A DNA stretch of 36,133 bases from UHGV virus genome UHGV-1536779; one strand, 5' to 3'. The notes beneath the pieces were generated by a model. The model saw nothing but the letters and a program-made list of their open reading frames with translations. It searched no databases and was not told where the DNA came from. The stretch comes from a virus. Made by a program: the position numbers and the translations under genes. Of the stretch, positions 14,942 to 25,546 are shown one piece after another; the stretch's first letter is position 1; each line of letters starts with the position of its first letter.

Positions 14942-15317
14942 ATATTGCCGCCAAGAAGGTTGCCGTACTCTATTAGAAAAGGGTAGCTACTGCGACGAGC
15001 ATAAGCGAAAGAAGCGAGTGGCCAAACGTTATTACTCGAAGAACAAATCATTCTACAAATCTGATGAATGGAAAAGTGTTGCTGATGCTGTCCGCTTTCG
15101 TGATAGGTATAAATGTACGATTTGTCATAAACCTGTGTTTGGGCGTGATAGTCAAGTGGATCATATCAAACCAATTTGGTTGAATCCAAATTTAAGATTA
15201 GACATGAACAACTTACGTTTGGTTTGTGCTACTTGTCATCCAAAAGTTGAATATCGTCCGCAAACGCAAAAAGAAATTGAAATGAAAAAAAATTATAATC
15301 CCGCAGATTATTTTTAA
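14934..15317 (+). CDS. HNH endonuclease (terminase-associated, cos-cleavage accessory)
   Basis: Cys clusters (CRQEGC...CDEH; CTICHK) and an H-N-H core (DHIKP ... NLRLVCATCH). Adjacent to TerS/TerL, as in HK97-like cos phages. Confidence 0.8.
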   Translation: MPKYCRQEGCRTLLEKGSYCDEHKRKKRVAKRYYSKNKSFYKSDEWKSVADAVRFRDRYKCTICHKPVFGRDSQVDHIKPIWLNPNLRLDMNNLRLVCATCHPKVEYRPQTQKEIEMKKNYNPADYF

Positions 15318-15414
15318 GCCCCCCTCTGAAATTAATTTAAAATTTTTTTCATGGGGATAGGGTAGGGGGACCTCTTTAGACACCTCCAGAGCATTTTCAA
15401 AAAAAGAAAGGGGG
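15318..15414 (+). other. Candidate cos region: G/C-run-rich intergenic between the HNH and TerS genes
   Basis: Contains GCCCCCCTCTG, GGGGATAGGGTAGGGGGACCTC and AAAGGGGGG in otherwise AT-rich DNA. HNH + TerL architecture implies cos-type packaging. Confidence 0.35.
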
Positions 15415-15420
15415 GTGAAA

Positions 15421-15879
15421 ATGGCTGGACGTAAAAGTAAGAAACAAAAAATACTAGATGAAGCCTTAGAACATAAGGACTTTGAGCGAAAACGTATCAT
15501 AGAAATATTAAAATCATTAGGAAAGTTCACGCCTGCTTTGAACCCCTTGATTGAAATGTATCTGGATGCGTGTGAAGTCTATCATATCAAGTATTTAGAG
15601 TGGAAAGACAGTGGTTTTAAATCCACAAAAGTTCACACAAATAAAAACGGTTCAAGAAACGAAATTAAGCATCCTTTGGCTCAACAAGTGGAAGTGTGGA
15701 GTGAGAAGAAAACCAAGCTATTAAACCAACTCGGTCTTGATATGAAAAGCGGTGGCCTTGATTATGTTGATCCTTTAGCAAGTGAAAATGCTAAGAAAAA
15801 AGAAGAAGCTAAAAAAGATGAACCACAAACAAATAATCGTTTGGTTGAATTTAGAAAGATGCGTGGTGGTCAATCATGA
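15421..15879 (+). CDS. terS: Terminase small subunit (P27 family)
   Basis: Starts MAGRKSKKQKILDEALEH. Roughly 150 aa, immediately upstream of terL with an ATGA overlap. ATG at 15421 after AAAGGGGGG. Confidence 0.7.
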   Translation: MAGRKSKKQKILDEALEHKDFERKRIIEILKSLGKFTPALNPLIEMYLDACEVYHIKYLEWKDSGFKSTKVHTNKNGSRNEIKHPLAQQVEVWSEKKTKLLNQLGLDMKSGGLDYVDPLASENAKKKEEAKKDEPQTNNRLVEFRKMRGGQS

Positions 15880-17609
15880 TTGATATGACTGTCAATTATG
15901 CTGATAAATTTGCCAAATCGGTTCGCAGGAACAAAGAACTTTATCCTAAATCAATCCATTTAGCAGTTAAACGATATAACAAGTGGAAGAAACGGAAAGA
16001 TATTTTCTTTGATCTGGAAAAAGCAAATTTGATGCTAAGTTTTACCGAATCATTTTATAAACATTCAACTGGTGAATGGTCGGGGCAACCGCTCGAATTA
16101 GAAGATTGGCAGAAGTTTTACTTCTCAAACATTTATGGTTGGCAAAAATGGTCTGATAAGTGGCAACGAAATGTTCGTGTTATTCGTAAATCATACCTGC
16201 AGGTGCCAAAGAAAAACGGTAAGTCTTTAATGGAAGGCGCGCCAATTTTATATGGAATGTATGGAGAAGGTGTGAAGGGCGCCCAATTTTACTGCCTAGC
16301 CGCTGATTTTGACCAAGCGCAAAATGTTGCCAATCCTTTAGCAACCGTTATTGAAAACGATAATGATTTACTTGATGGTACACGTGTTTATCGGAAAGAA
16401 AAGAAAGTAACGACTATCAGTTACGCTTTCTTTGAAGATGATTTCAAATATCAAAACAATTTGCGTGTGTTATCTAAGCGTGAAAAAGTCGATGGTAAAA
16501 ATACTTATATTGTTGTTGCCGATGAAGTTCACGAGTGGGAGGACACGTCGAGATATGATGGTTTGAAATCAGGACAAGCTGCACAACCAGAACCATTATT
16601 TTTAGTTTGTTCTACTGCTGGTAAAAACAGTGGGGCCTTAGGTGTTCAAATTTATCAAGATAGTAAACATATTCTTGAAGAAGATAATGACGATGACTGG
16701 TTCATTATGATTTATGAACCAAATAAAGGTTACAACTGGGAAGATGAAAAAGTTTGGGAAATGGTCAATCCGAATTTATATGTGTCGTTTGATATTACTT
16801 TCTTACGTGGAGAATTTAAGGATGCGTTACGAAATCCATTCAGGAAAGCAGAATTTTTATCCAAGCACTTAAATGTGTTTGTCAACTATGCCGAAAATTA
16901 TTTTGATAAAGAACAAATTGATAATTGCTTGGTAGATGATTTAGGAGATATTACAGGCGAACAAGTCACTATCGGTATTGATTTATCCAGAACAACTGAC
17001 TTGACATGTGTATCAATTAATATTCCAACCTTTAATGATGAAGGCGAAAGCATTATAAAAATAAAACAAATGTATTTTGTACCAACGCATAATATTGAAG
17101 AAAAAGAAAAATTAAGAAATGTTCCTTATCAATATTATGCAGAACAAGGTTTTGTAACGCTTTGTGAGGGTCGTACTGTTGATTATGATCTTGTCTATAA
17201 CTATGTCATTGACATGTACAACAAATACGAATTAGACATTATTCAAATCAATTATGATCCAGCTATGTCTGAAAAGTTAGTGGAACGTTTTGAAATGGAA
17301 GGATTCAATACGGCCGAAGTAGGTCAATATCCATCAGTAATGAATGAAATGCTAGATGATTTTGAAATACTAGTAGATAACGGACGAGTTCAAACTGACA
17401 ATCCGTTATTTATTTTTTGTACCAACAATACAACAGTTGTAACGAATATACAAAGTCAAAAAGCGCCCAGCAAAAGAAAGTCACCAGAACATATTGATGG
17501 TTTTGTGGCTTTTTTAATTGGTCATAAAGATTCAATGGATTTAATGGTGGAAGTTGGAAGCGAAGAAGAATATGAGGATTATATTAAACAGCTTTACAAC
17601 AGAAAATAA
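15876..17609 (+). CDS. terL: Terminase large subunit
   Basis: 577 aa. N-terminal ATPase region (VPKKNGKS Walker A-like; VVADEVHEW Walker B-like) and a C-terminal nuclease region. Confidence 0.85.
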   Translation: MIDMTVNYADKFAKSVRRNKELYPKSIHLAVKRYNKWKKRKDIFFDLEKANLMLSFTESFYKHSTGEWSGQPLELEDWQKFYFSNIYGWQKWSDKWQRNVRVIRKSYLQVPKKNGKSLMEGAPILYGMYGEGVKGAQFYCLAADFDQAQNVANPLATVIENDNDLLDGTRVYRKEKKVTTISYAFFEDDFKYQNNLRVLSKREKVDGKNTYIVVADEVHEWEDTSRYDGLKSGQAAQPEPLFLVCSTAGKNSGALGVQIYQDSKHILEEDNDDDWFIMIYEPNKGYNWEDEKVWEMVNPNLYVSFDITFLRGEFKDALRNPFRKAEFLSKHLNVFVNYAENYFDKEQIDNCLVDDLGDITGEQVTIGIDLSRTTDLTCVSINIPTFNDEGESIIKIKQMYFVPTHNIEEKEKLRNVPYQYYAEQGFVTLCEGRTVDYDLVYNYVIDMYNKYELDIIQINYDPAMSEKLVERFEMEGFNTAEVGQYPSVMNEMLDDFEILVDNGRVQTDNPLFIFCTNNTTVVTNIQSQKAPSKRKSPEHIDGFVAFLIGHKDSMDLMVEVGSEEEYEDYIKQLYNRK

Positions 17610-17627
17610 CTGAAAGGAGGTGGGAAT

Positions 17628-18797
17628 TTGGGAATTAGATCATGGTTCAATCAAAGATTTCGTATGTCGAGTAAGAAAAAAGTATTAGGTAGTTCAATAC
17701 TTGCGAATCAATTTGTCTTGGGTGACGAAAATATTTTATCTTCTAGCGACGTTTATCACTATCTTTTAGCAATTTCCAATATGTTTGCTTGTGGATCGTG
17801 GACAATCGAAAAAGAAGATGGAAAAGACATTAAAGGAGCCAAGGAACTGCAGAGTTTGAAACATCCAAATGGTTATTTAACCGACTTTGAATTTAAACGT
17901 TTGCTTGTAAATGTCTATTTGTTACAAGGAGAAGTATTTGTGGTGAAAGATGGGAAACAGCTTCACATCATGAAAGGAATTACACCAGAAATATCAGAAG
18001 AAGGTATCAAACAATTTAAATATGACGGCCATACGCTTTATCAAAATGAAGTTCGCCAAATTAAAAATATTGGATTATCGAATAATTATGGCAATGGACT
18101 GATTGATTTAGCTAGAGATACTTTAGAAGGTGTTATGAATGCTGAAAAAGCTTTGACAGAAAAGTATAAAAAAGGTGGCTTGCTGGCTTATTTACTGAAA
18201 TTAGATACTCATTTGTCACCAAAAAACGCAATGCAAAATGCAATGCTTGATGCCATTCAAGGACAGCTAGAAGAAATTCCAGACGAAGGAAAGACCGTTA
18301 TTATTCCATTGTCAAAAGGTTACGCCATCGAAGGATTCGAAAGTCCTGTTCAAGACGATAAAATTCTTTCGTATTTAAATGTCTATAAACCAGAACTTGC
18401 AAAGTTTTTAGGTTTTGATCCTGACGCATACAATCAATTATTAAAAGTTGATTTAGAGAAAGCAGCGATTTATTTAAAAGCATTCGTTGTTGATCCGATT
18501 GTTCAGAATGTCTGTGAACATTTAACAGAACTATATTTTGGACCAGAATCAACAAATCGTATTTCTTTAACAATTGATATTAAAAAGTATTTAACAATGT
18601 CACAAAAAATCACAAATACGCAAGGTTTAGTTCGTACTATGGTTTATACACCTGATGATGCACGCGTGGATTTAGGTGCCGAACGATTAAATACAGAAGA
18701 ATCAACCAAGCTCTATGCATCGAAAGATTTGATTGGGCTAGATGAACTAACCGAGCTTAACAAGTCTAAAATGGAAGAAGGTGATTCAACTGGATAA
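17628..18797 (+). CDS. Portal protein (HK97 family)
   Basis: 389 aa. Positioned right after terL. TTG start 7 nt after AAAGGAGG. Confidence 0.8.
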   Translation: MGIRSWFNQRFRMSSKKKVLGSSILANQFVLGDENILSSSDVYHYLLAISNMFACGSWTIEKEDGKDIKGAKELQSLKHPNGYLTDFEFKRLLVNVYLLQGEVFVVKDGKQLHIMKGITPEISEEGIKQFKYDGHTLYQNEVRQIKNIGLSNNYGNGLIDLARDTLEGVMNAEKALTEKYKKGGLLAYLLKLDTHLSPKNAMQNAMLDAIQGQLEEIPDEGKTVIIPLSKGYAIEGFESPVQDDKILSYLNVYKPELAKFLGFDPDAYNQLLKVDLEKAAIYLKAFVVDPIVQNVCEHLTELYFGPESTNRISLTIDIKKYLTMSQKITNTQGLVRTMVYTPDDARVDLGAERLNTEESTKLYASKDLIGLDELTELNKSKMEEGDSTG

Positions 18798-19365
18798 GTT
18801 GGAAATTAGAAGTTTTGATATTAAAAACATGACGACGCGTTCCCTAGATGATGGCAGTGAATCAACTGTAGTTGAGGGGTACGCGTCTGTTTTTAACTCA
18901 CGTACGAACATAGATGGTTGGTATGATGAAGAGATTGCACCTGGTGCATTTTCCGAATCTCTCGCAAAAAACAAAGATGTTCGTTGTCTATTCAATCATG
19001 ATTGGAATTACGTGTTAGGCCGTAAAAGTGCTAATACATTAATTCTTGAAGAAGATTCAAGAGGGTTGCATTTTGAGGTTACATTGCCGAACACCACATT
19101 TGCGAACGATTTGAAAGAATCAATGTCGCGTGGTGACATTAACCAATGTAGTTTTGGTTTCTGGGTGACTGCACAAGAGGAGGACTATTCTGGTGATGTT
19201 CCACTGATTAGAATCACAAATGTTGATTTGTGGGAAGTATCCATTGTTCCTTTGCCAGCATATGATGACACAGAAGCTGCATTGAGAAGTAAGTTCCAAG
19301 AAAAAAATATTGAAACAATTAAATTAAGAAATAAAATTTTAAAAACGATTGGAGAATATAAATAA
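18781..19365 (+). CDS. Prohead protease (HK97 family, S78/U35)
   Basis: The VEGYASVFNS ... block is typical of HK97 prohead proteases. Lies between the portal and capsid genes. Confidence 0.8.
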   Translation: MIQLDKLEIRSFDIKNMTTRSLDDGSESTVVEGYASVFNSRTNIDGWYDEEIAPGAFSESLAKNKDVRCLFNHDWNYVLGRKSANTLILEEDSRGLHFEVTLPNTTFANDLKESMSRGDINQCSFGFWVTAQEEDYSGDVPLIRITNVDLWEVSIVPLPAYDDTEAALRSKFQEKNIETIKLRNKILKTIGEYK

Positions 19366-20696
19366 TGAAAATGCGTAAAATTTTAGAAAAACGAGCTGCT
19401 AAATTAAAAGCAAAATTAGCTTCAATGGAAGAACGTGCAAAAAGTGAAACTTTAACACGTGATGAATTAAGTGATATTGAATCACAAGTGGAAGAAGTCA
19501 CAGCAGAATTAGACGAAATCAACGATGCGATCGCAGAATTGCCTGAAGAAGATGTAACAGAATTAGGTGATGCTGTAGACGACTTAGGCGCAGCTGCTGA
19601 TGAAATTGTTGAAGAAGTAGACGGAAAAGGCACTGAAGAAGATGATTCAGAACCAGCTGACGATAAAGAACGCAGCCGTGTTTTAGATATTATCGGGAAA
19701 GGTATTTCAAGTCGGGGAGAAGAAAAAGTGAAAAAATTAACTCAACGTAGCGCGTTCTTACGCTATTTGGCTGGTCGAATTACACCTAATCAAGCTCGTT
19801 CATTTGGTGTTGGTTTTAACAACGGTAAAGTATTGGTACCACAAGAATTAAGTAAAGAGATTATTTCATACCTACAAGAAGAAAATCCTTTGCGTAAATT
19901 TGCAAGTGTTCATCAAACTAAAGGAACTCAAGGTTTCCCAGTACAAGTAAAACAAGCCGAAGCAAATACAGTTACTAGTGAACGTGATGAAAATAATTTA
20001 ATTCCATTTACTGACATTGAATTTGATGATGTTTACTTAAACCCAATCGAATTTGATGCAATTATTAAAGTCACGAAGAAATTAACGCATATGTCAGACT
20101 TTGACATTGAAGCTATCGTGTTAGATGAACTAAAGAAAGCGTACTTGCGTAAAGAAACATTCTGGTATTTTTCAAGTCCTGATAACAAAGGAGCATTAGC
20201 TAAAAAAGCTGTAGCCTTTACTGGTAAAGGAGACAATGATTATTTAAAAGTTGTTCAATTAAAAAATGCTTTACCGACTGCTATGCGTTCAGGCGCTCGC
20301 TTTATGATCAATCGTGCAGCACAAACGTTGTTGGAATCCATGCTAGATAGCACTGGAAATCCGATTCTTAAAGATGCTGGGAATGATGATTTTGATTACA
20401 AGTTATTTACTTATCCAGTAGAAGTTACAGACTACGCAGATAAATACAATGAAACTACGAAGAAATTCGATCCAACAGTACCAGTGATCTATTTCGGTAA
20501 TTTCTCTTATTTCCACATTCAAGATGTTATTGGTTCATTGGAAATTGAAAAATTAACTGAACTATTTGCGCGTGAAAATAAAGTCGGGTTTAAAATTTAT
20601 CATTTAAACGATGGTCAATTAATTTATGGGCCGTTTGAAACACCTGTTTATAGCTTAGACTTAAGTACAACCCCAGCACCTAATCCAGGTGAATAA
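19365..20696 (+). CDS. Major capsid protein (HK97 fold) with N-terminal coiled-coil scaffolding (delta) domain
   Basis: 443 aa. N-terminal about 100 aa is a charged coiled-coil. Immediately follows the prohead protease. Confidence 0.8.
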   Translation: MKMRKILEKRAAKLKAKLASMEERAKSETLTRDELSDIESQVEEVTAELDEINDAIAELPEEDVTELGDAVDDLGAAADEIVEEVDGKGTEEDDSEPADDKERSRVLDIIGKGISSRGEEKVKKLTQRSAFLRYLAGRITPNQARSFGVGFNNGKVLVPQELSKEIISYLQEENPLRKFASVHQTKGTQGFPVQVKQAEANTVTSERDENNLIPFTDIEFDDVYLNPIEFDAIIKVTKKLTHMSDFDIEAIVLDELKKAYLRKETFWYFSSPDNKGALAKKAVAFTGKGDNDYLKVVQLKNALPTAMRSGARFMINRAAQTLLESMLDSTGNPILKDAGNDDFDYKLFTYPVEVTDYADKYNETTKKFDPTVPVIYFGNFSYFHIQDVIGSLEIEKLTELFARENKVGFKIYHLNDGQLIYGPFETPVYSLDLSTTPAPNPGE

Positions 20697-20698
20697 TT

Positions 20699-20986
20699 AT
20701 GGAAATTAATCTAGAAGGTTTTAAATCTCATTTACAATTTGAGGAAGGCATGGATGATGGCATGCTTGAATTTTATTTGGATATGGGTAAGAAATATGCA
20801 AAAAGGGCAACTGATGATGAAAATTCGTCAGTTGCCTATTATATTGCATCCATTTTTTGGCTGTATAAAGTGCCAGAAACTGAAATGGAGAATGCCTTTA
20901 ATGCTTTAACGCCATTGATTTTAAGTGAAGGGCTGGTGGTAGACGATGCCAAAAGTAACGCTAAACAGAATGAAATGGAAAGCTGA
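20699..20986 (+). CDS. Head-tail connector protein (gp6-like)
   Basis: 95 aa. Position and size. The YIASIFWLY motif is typical of the Phage_connect_1 family. Confidence 0.55.
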   Translation: MEINLEGFKSHLQFEEGMDDGMLEFYLDMGKKYAKRATDDENSSVAYYIASIFWLYKVPETEMENAFNALTPLILSEGLVVDDAKSNAKQNEMES

Positions 20987-21272
20987 ACTTTGTAAACAAG
21001 TTCCTGGTTTAGATAACAATGATAGACCAGCGATTATACATGAAAAAATTCGAGATATTTTTTATGTTGAGTTAGGTATTACCTCGCAAGAAAAATATTT
21101 ATCAAAACAAGCGAAAATTGATGTTGTGAGAAGAATTAGAGTTCGTTTCGATAAATCTATCACGGAAACAATAAATACGCTTAGAATCGATTCTGTGACC
21201 TATAAAATCACTCGTATTTATACAGATATGGATAAACGAGAAATGGAGTTGAGTTTGGCTTATGTCGATTAG
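20946..21272 (+). CDS. Head closure / head-tail adaptor protein (putative)
   Basis: About 100 aa. Position in the connector cluster. Confidence 0.45.
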   Translation: MPKVTLNRMKWKAELCKQVPGLDNNDRPAIIHEKIRDIFYVELGITSQEKYLSKQAKIDVVRRIRVRFDKSITETINTLRIDSVTYKITRIYTDMDKREMELSLAYVD

Positions 21273-21600
21273 TTTTGAAAAATTAAGGGCAACACTAAAA
21301 ACAGTAGGTGTACCTGTGACACGTGACAAAGCGGAAAAAGGAACAGACTATCCATATATCGTGTATTCCAATGTTAGCAAAGGTAAAAAGATGGCTTCCT
21401 CTAAAGTTCATAGGCGATTGCCATATTATCAAATTTCTTTCTTTACAACAGGTACCGAAAAAGATTTGACGGATTTAGAAAATGCGTTGGAAAACGCTGG
21501 TATTCCTTATGCTGATTTTGTAGGTATTCAGGGTGATGAAAACGATGATACAGTGACGAATTTTTATACGTATGTGAGGTGTATAGAAGATGGCCAATAA
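21262..21600 (+). CDS. Head-tail joining protein (putative)
   Basis: 112 aa. Position in the connector cluster. Confidence 0.4.
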   Translation: MSISFEKLRATLKTVGVPVTRDKAEKGTDYPYIVYSNVSKGKKMASSKVHRRLPYYQISFFTTGTEKDLTDLENALENAGIPYADFVGIQGDENDDTVTNFYTYVRCIEDGQ

Positions 21601-21952
21601 TAATGGATTTGCAGATATGGCAGACTATTTGGGAACTCTTGCACAGGTAGATCCTACAAAATTGTCTTTAGAATCATTAACAGATGCTGCAAGTTTTTTT
21701 GTAGAGCAGTTACTACCTCAAATACCTAGATCGCTCTTAAAGAAAAAGCATATGGCTGATCAAGTAAAAGTTGTTATAGAAGAGGATAGAGTTCAAGTGG
21801 TTTTTGAAGAAACTGCATATTATTGGCGGTTTGCTGAAAACGGTTCTGTTAACCAAAAAGCCCAGCATTTTGCTAGTGGTACGTTTGAACAAAATAAAGA
21901 TCAGATTGAAAAAATCATGACACAACAAATATTAGATTTATGGGAAGGATGA
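21590..21952 (+). CDS. HK97 gp10-like tail-completion / neck protein (putative)
   Basis: 120 aa. Position directly before the major tail gene. Confidence 0.45.
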   Translation: MANNNGFADMADYLGTLAQVDPTKLSLESLTDAASFFVEQLLPQIPRSLLKKKHMADQVKVVIEEDRVQVVFEETAYYWRFAENGSVNQKAQHFASGTFEQNKDQIEKIMTQQILDLWEG

Positions 21953-22596
21953 GTAATTTGGGAAAACAAGATGTGTATTATTTTGAAGGATTAGATGACA
22001 TCTTAATTGCCATGATGGCAACGCCTGATGAAGTTGGGGTGGCACCAACTTATAGCGAAGTAATTAGACTGGCTATTGCAACAAAACTTGCCATTAAGGG
22101 AAATGGCTCAGCGCTAGTTAAATGGGCATCAAGTAAAATGTTTCGCCGTGTAAGTCGCGAGACAGAACACGAGATTGGATTGGATCATGTGGGGATTCCT
22201 ATTGAAGTAATGGACGAGATAAAAGGTTTGCTTGCAGAAGCAGGCGTTACGTTTGGAAAAAATACGGCACGTGAATTTCCTTACTTTGCATTTGGATTCA
22301 TTGGAAATATTGAAGGCGGAGGAAAAAAAGCAGTTTGGTATCCAAAAACACAATTATCCAATGTCATTGATGAAGAATATGCAACTGCAGAAGATGACAC
22401 AAAAATTGACGATGTAACTGCTAATTTTGTTGCTAACGGTTTGAAGTATAACAACGTTATGTATGCAAGTTTCGATTCTAACCGATTAAGTGCAAAACCA
22501 GGGGACTTTGAAAAATTCATTGCACAACCTATTTACGATGAAGAACAATGGAAAAAATTAGTAACTCCATCAACGCCAGGGGGTGGCGGTGAATAA
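21940..22596 (+). CDS. Major tail protein
   Basis: 218 aa. Position before the chaperone and tape-measure genes. Typical size. Confidence 0.65.
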   Translation: MGRMSNLGKQDVYYFEGLDDILIAMMATPDEVGVAPTYSEVIRLAIATKLAIKGNGSALVKWASSKMFRRVSRETEHEIGLDHVGIPIEVMDEIKGLLAEAGVTFGKNTAREFPYFAFGFIGNIEGGGKKAVWYPKTQLSNVIDEEYATAEDDTKIDDVTANFVANGLKYNNVMYASFDSNRLSAKPGDFEKFIAQPIYDEEQWKKLVTPSTPGGGGE

Positions 22597-23051
22597 TGGC
22601 AAAGTTAGCTGATTATGGGATTGTCGTTTCAGACACACCAACTGTCACAATTAAAGGTCATCAGTTCCCAATCTTGTTAACCATGGAAACCATGGAGCAT
22701 ATTGCGGATATTTATGATGACGACTATTCAAAATTTGAAGAAGATATGAATGCAATGCTAAACAAGAGCGGTGGACGTATCTCTTCAAAAGATTTATCTG
22801 CTTCAGATTTAAAAATCATGCGTGCTTTAATTTATGGCATGTTAAAAACTGGCGGATTAGACGAAACACCAGAAACAATTTTTAAATTCTTAGGAATGAA
22901 TTCTACGATTGTTGAAGTTTATGGGGCCTGCATGGAGGTATTCACAGAACAGAATTTTCAAGTTGATGATGTAAAAAAATCCAAGAAGCCACAAGATTAT
23001 CAAACTCCGCAACAAAAGAAAAACAAAAAGAAAAAACACAAACGGAAGTAG
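22596..23051 (+). CDS. Tail assembly chaperone (gpG-like)
   Basis: 151 aa acidic protein with a K-rich tail. Immediately upstream of the tape measure gene. No downstream frameshift-extension ORF is evident. Confidence 0.5.
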   Translation: MAKLADYGIVVSDTPTVTIKGHQFPILLTMETMEHIADIYDDDYSKFEEDMNAMLNKSGGRISSKDLSASDLKIMRALIYGMLKTGGLDETPETIFKFLGMNSTIVEVYGACMEVFTEQNFQVDDVKKSKKPQDYQTPQQKKNKKKKHKRK

Positions 23052-23080
23052 GAACGCCCTGGGCTTTTTACTTATACGTC

Positions 23081-23119
23081 GCCCTTACTCTTTTAGGATG
23101 GAGTGAGGGTTTCTTTTTG
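23081..23119 (+). terminator. Hairpin (GCCCTTACTC-N10-GAGTGAGGGT) plus T-tract, intra-operonic attenuator
   Basis: 9 of 10 bp stem followed by TTCTTTTTG, between the chaperone and tape-measure genes. Confidence 0.4.
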
Positions 23120-23242
23120 AAATCAACACCGAACTTGTGGCTTAAGTCATACATACAGTGGTTAACGAGTAATACGGAGTTTGAACCACCTGCAAGTGTG
23201 ACTATGGATAAAAGTCCTTGGTGGTAGGAAAGGAGCGCTAAC

Positions 23243-25546
23243 GTGTCAAAGAAAGAATCTGATGTTGTCTTAAATTTTAAGACAAACGGAGAAGTCAATT
23301 ATTCTCGAACAATCAAAGATATCAACAAAGAAATGAACTTAGCGGCTACCGAGTACAAAAACCAGGTATCCGCTATGGATAAAGATGCAACACAAACAGA
23401 AAAATTAACGGCAACTAAGAAAAAGCTTGAAAAGCAATTATCTTTAGCTGAACAAAGAACCAAATTATTACGTGAGGAATACGAAAAATCAGTTAAAGAA
23501 ACTGGGGAGTATTCAGAGCAATCACAAAAGCTTTACAAACGCTTGTTGGAATCAGAAACAGGTGAAAATAAATTACGATCTGCATTAGAAAGTACCAACG
23601 AAGCCTTGAAAGAACAAGGCGACTTGTCTGTTAAGACTGCCGAGAAGCTAGCTAAAATTGAAAAAGCTGGGGACAAAATGAAATCTGTCGGTAAGAAGAT
23701 GACTGTTGGTTTAACAGCACCGATCATGGGAATTGGCGCCGCTTCTATTGCTGCGTTTAAAGAATTAGATGACAGTTTGGACAGTATCACAACTGCCACT
23801 GGTGCTACAGGAGAGCAACTAGAATCATTGCAAGACAGCTTTAAAACAGTAGCTGGCCAAATTCCAACAGATATGGAAAATATATCAACTGGGATTGGTG
23901 AAGTGAATACACAATTTGGCTTAATGGATAAGCAATTAGAAGATACCACAGGACGAATGCTTAAGTTTTCAGAAATTAATGGATCAGATGTTTCTCAATC
24001 AACTATCAATGCCAAAAAATCAATGGACCTTTTTAGGCTATCTATTGAGGACTTGCCAATGATTTTGGATTCAGTATCTAAAACTAGCCAAGATACTGGA
24101 GTAGGGGTAGACCAGTTATTTGATGCAGTAAATAAAGGAGCACCCCAACTCAAAGCGATGGGACTTGGTTTTTCTGAATCAACTACATTAATAGGTCAAA
24201 TGGAAAAAGCTGGTATAGATTCTGCAGGAACGCTTGGGTATTTAGCGAAAGCTAGTGTCGTCTATGCAAAGGATAACAAAACTATGCAGGATGGATTAAG
24301 CGGGACAATTGAATCTATTAAAGGTGCAACAACTGAACAAGAAAAACTTACTATTGCAAGCGAAGTATTCGGAACTAAAGCTGCATCAAAAATGGTAGAA
24401 GCAATTGATAGTGGTGCATTGTCAATGGATGGATTAGCAGACTCAGCTAAAAATGCAGCTGGCACTGTAGATCAAACATTTAACGATATTCTCGATCCAA
24501 TCGACCAAGCGAAAATTGCACAGAATCAATTTAAAATTGCAATGGGGGAACTTGGTGAGCAAGTACAAATAGCGCTTCTTCCTGCTTTTGAAGCAGCAAG
24601 TAATGCGATTCAAAAGGTTTCAACGTGGTTTAGTGGACTGACCGACAATCAAAAGCAAACAATCATTACCATTGCAGGTGTAGTCGCTGCTATTGGACCA
24701 GTCTTGGTGGTTTTAGGAACACTTGCTAGTTCCATTAGTAGTTTGATTCCAGTTATTGCCTTTATTGCTTCACCTATTGGAATTGTGATTGCTGCATTAG
24801 CTGCTTTTGTTGCTGGGATTGTGATTGCTTACAACAAAGTAGGCTGGTTTAGAGATTTTATCAATATGTCATTTAATGTGATCAAAGACATAGTAGTTGG
24901 TGTGTTTAAAGTTTTAGCAGATACAACAAAGTCTACTTTTGATTTCATCACAGGATTTATTGGCGGCGCTATGGATGGTGCTGTAAAAATCATTAGTGAT
25001 TACGTCAACGCGATTACAAGAATTTTTGGCGGCATCATAGATTTCGTTACAGGAGTGTTTACAGGTGATTGGTCAAGAGCGTGGCAAGGTATTGTTGATA
25101 TTTTCGGCGGTATTTTTGAAGGAATTACTGCAGTAGCCAAAGCACCAATTAACGCTATGATTACTCTAATTAATGGTTTTTTAGGTGGTTTAAACAATAT
25201 CAAAATACCAAAATGGGTACCTGGCGTTGGTGGCAAAGGATTTAGCATTGCGAAAATTCCATATCTTGCTGAAGGCGGTCATATGATTAATGGACAAGCA
25301 ATCGTTGGTGAAGCTGGCCCTGAATTATTAACAGCAAAAAATGGCAAGACTACAGTCACGCCACTTTCACAAGAAGAAAAAGCTCGCGGGATTGGTGGTG
25401 CCTTGAAAGACGGAAAAACTATTGAACAACATGTTCATATTGGACAAGTGGATGCAAATAATCCAAGCGAGTTAGATCGGATGAATCGCAAACTATATAA
25501 AGCAAGTGCGCAAGCTTTCTATGACTTAGGAGGTGTGCCAACATGA
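23243..25546 (+). CDS. Tape measure protein
   Basis: 767 aa. GTG start after AAAGGAG. N-terminal coiled-coils. Central hydrophobic TM-like block (VVAAIGPVLVVLGTL...). G-rich C-terminal region. Confidence 0.85.
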   Translation: MSKKESDVVLNFKTNGEVNYSRTIKDINKEMNLAATEYKNQVSAMDKDATQTEKLTATKKKLEKQLSLAEQRTKLLREEYEKSVKETGEYSEQSQKLYKRLLESETGENKLRSALESTNEALKEQGDLSVKTAEKLAKIEKAGDKMKSVGKKMTVGLTAPIMGIGAASIAAFKELDDSLDSITTATGATGEQLESLQDSFKTVAGQIPTDMENISTGIGEVNTQFGLMDKQLEDTTGRMLKFSEINGSDVSQSTINAKKSMDLFRLSIEDLPMILDSVSKTSQDTGVGVDQLFDAVNKGAPQLKAMGLGFSESTTLIGQMEKAGIDSAGTLGYLAKASVVYAKDNKTMQDGLSGTIESIKGATTEQEKLTIASEVFGTKAASKMVEAIDSGALSMDGLADSAKNAAGTVDQTFNDILDPIDQAKIAQNQFKIAMGELGEQVQIALLPAFEAASNAIQKVSTWFSGLTDNQKQTIITIAGVVAAIGPVLVVLGTLASSISSLIPVIAFIASPIGIVIAALAAFVAGIVIAYNKVGWFRDFINMSFNVIKDIVVGVFKVLADTTKSTFDFITGFIGGAMDGAVKIISDYVNAITRIFGGIIDFVTGVFTGDWSRAWQGIVDIFGGIFEGITAVAKAPINAMITLINGFLGGLNNIKIPKWVPGVGGKGFSIAKIPYLAEGGHMINGQAIVGEAGPELLTAKNGKTTVTPLSQEEKARGIGGALKDGKTIEQHVHIGQVDANNPSELDRMNRKLYKASAQAFYDLGGVPT

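Noticed and set aside
22596-23242. Expected -1 programmed frameshift (gpG/gpGT) extension of the tail assembly chaperone
   Set aside because: There are A-rich slippery-looking runs near the 3' end. However, no open alternative frame of useful length exists between 23052 and 23242, and a terminator-like hairpin occupies the gap. No gpGT product can be supported.
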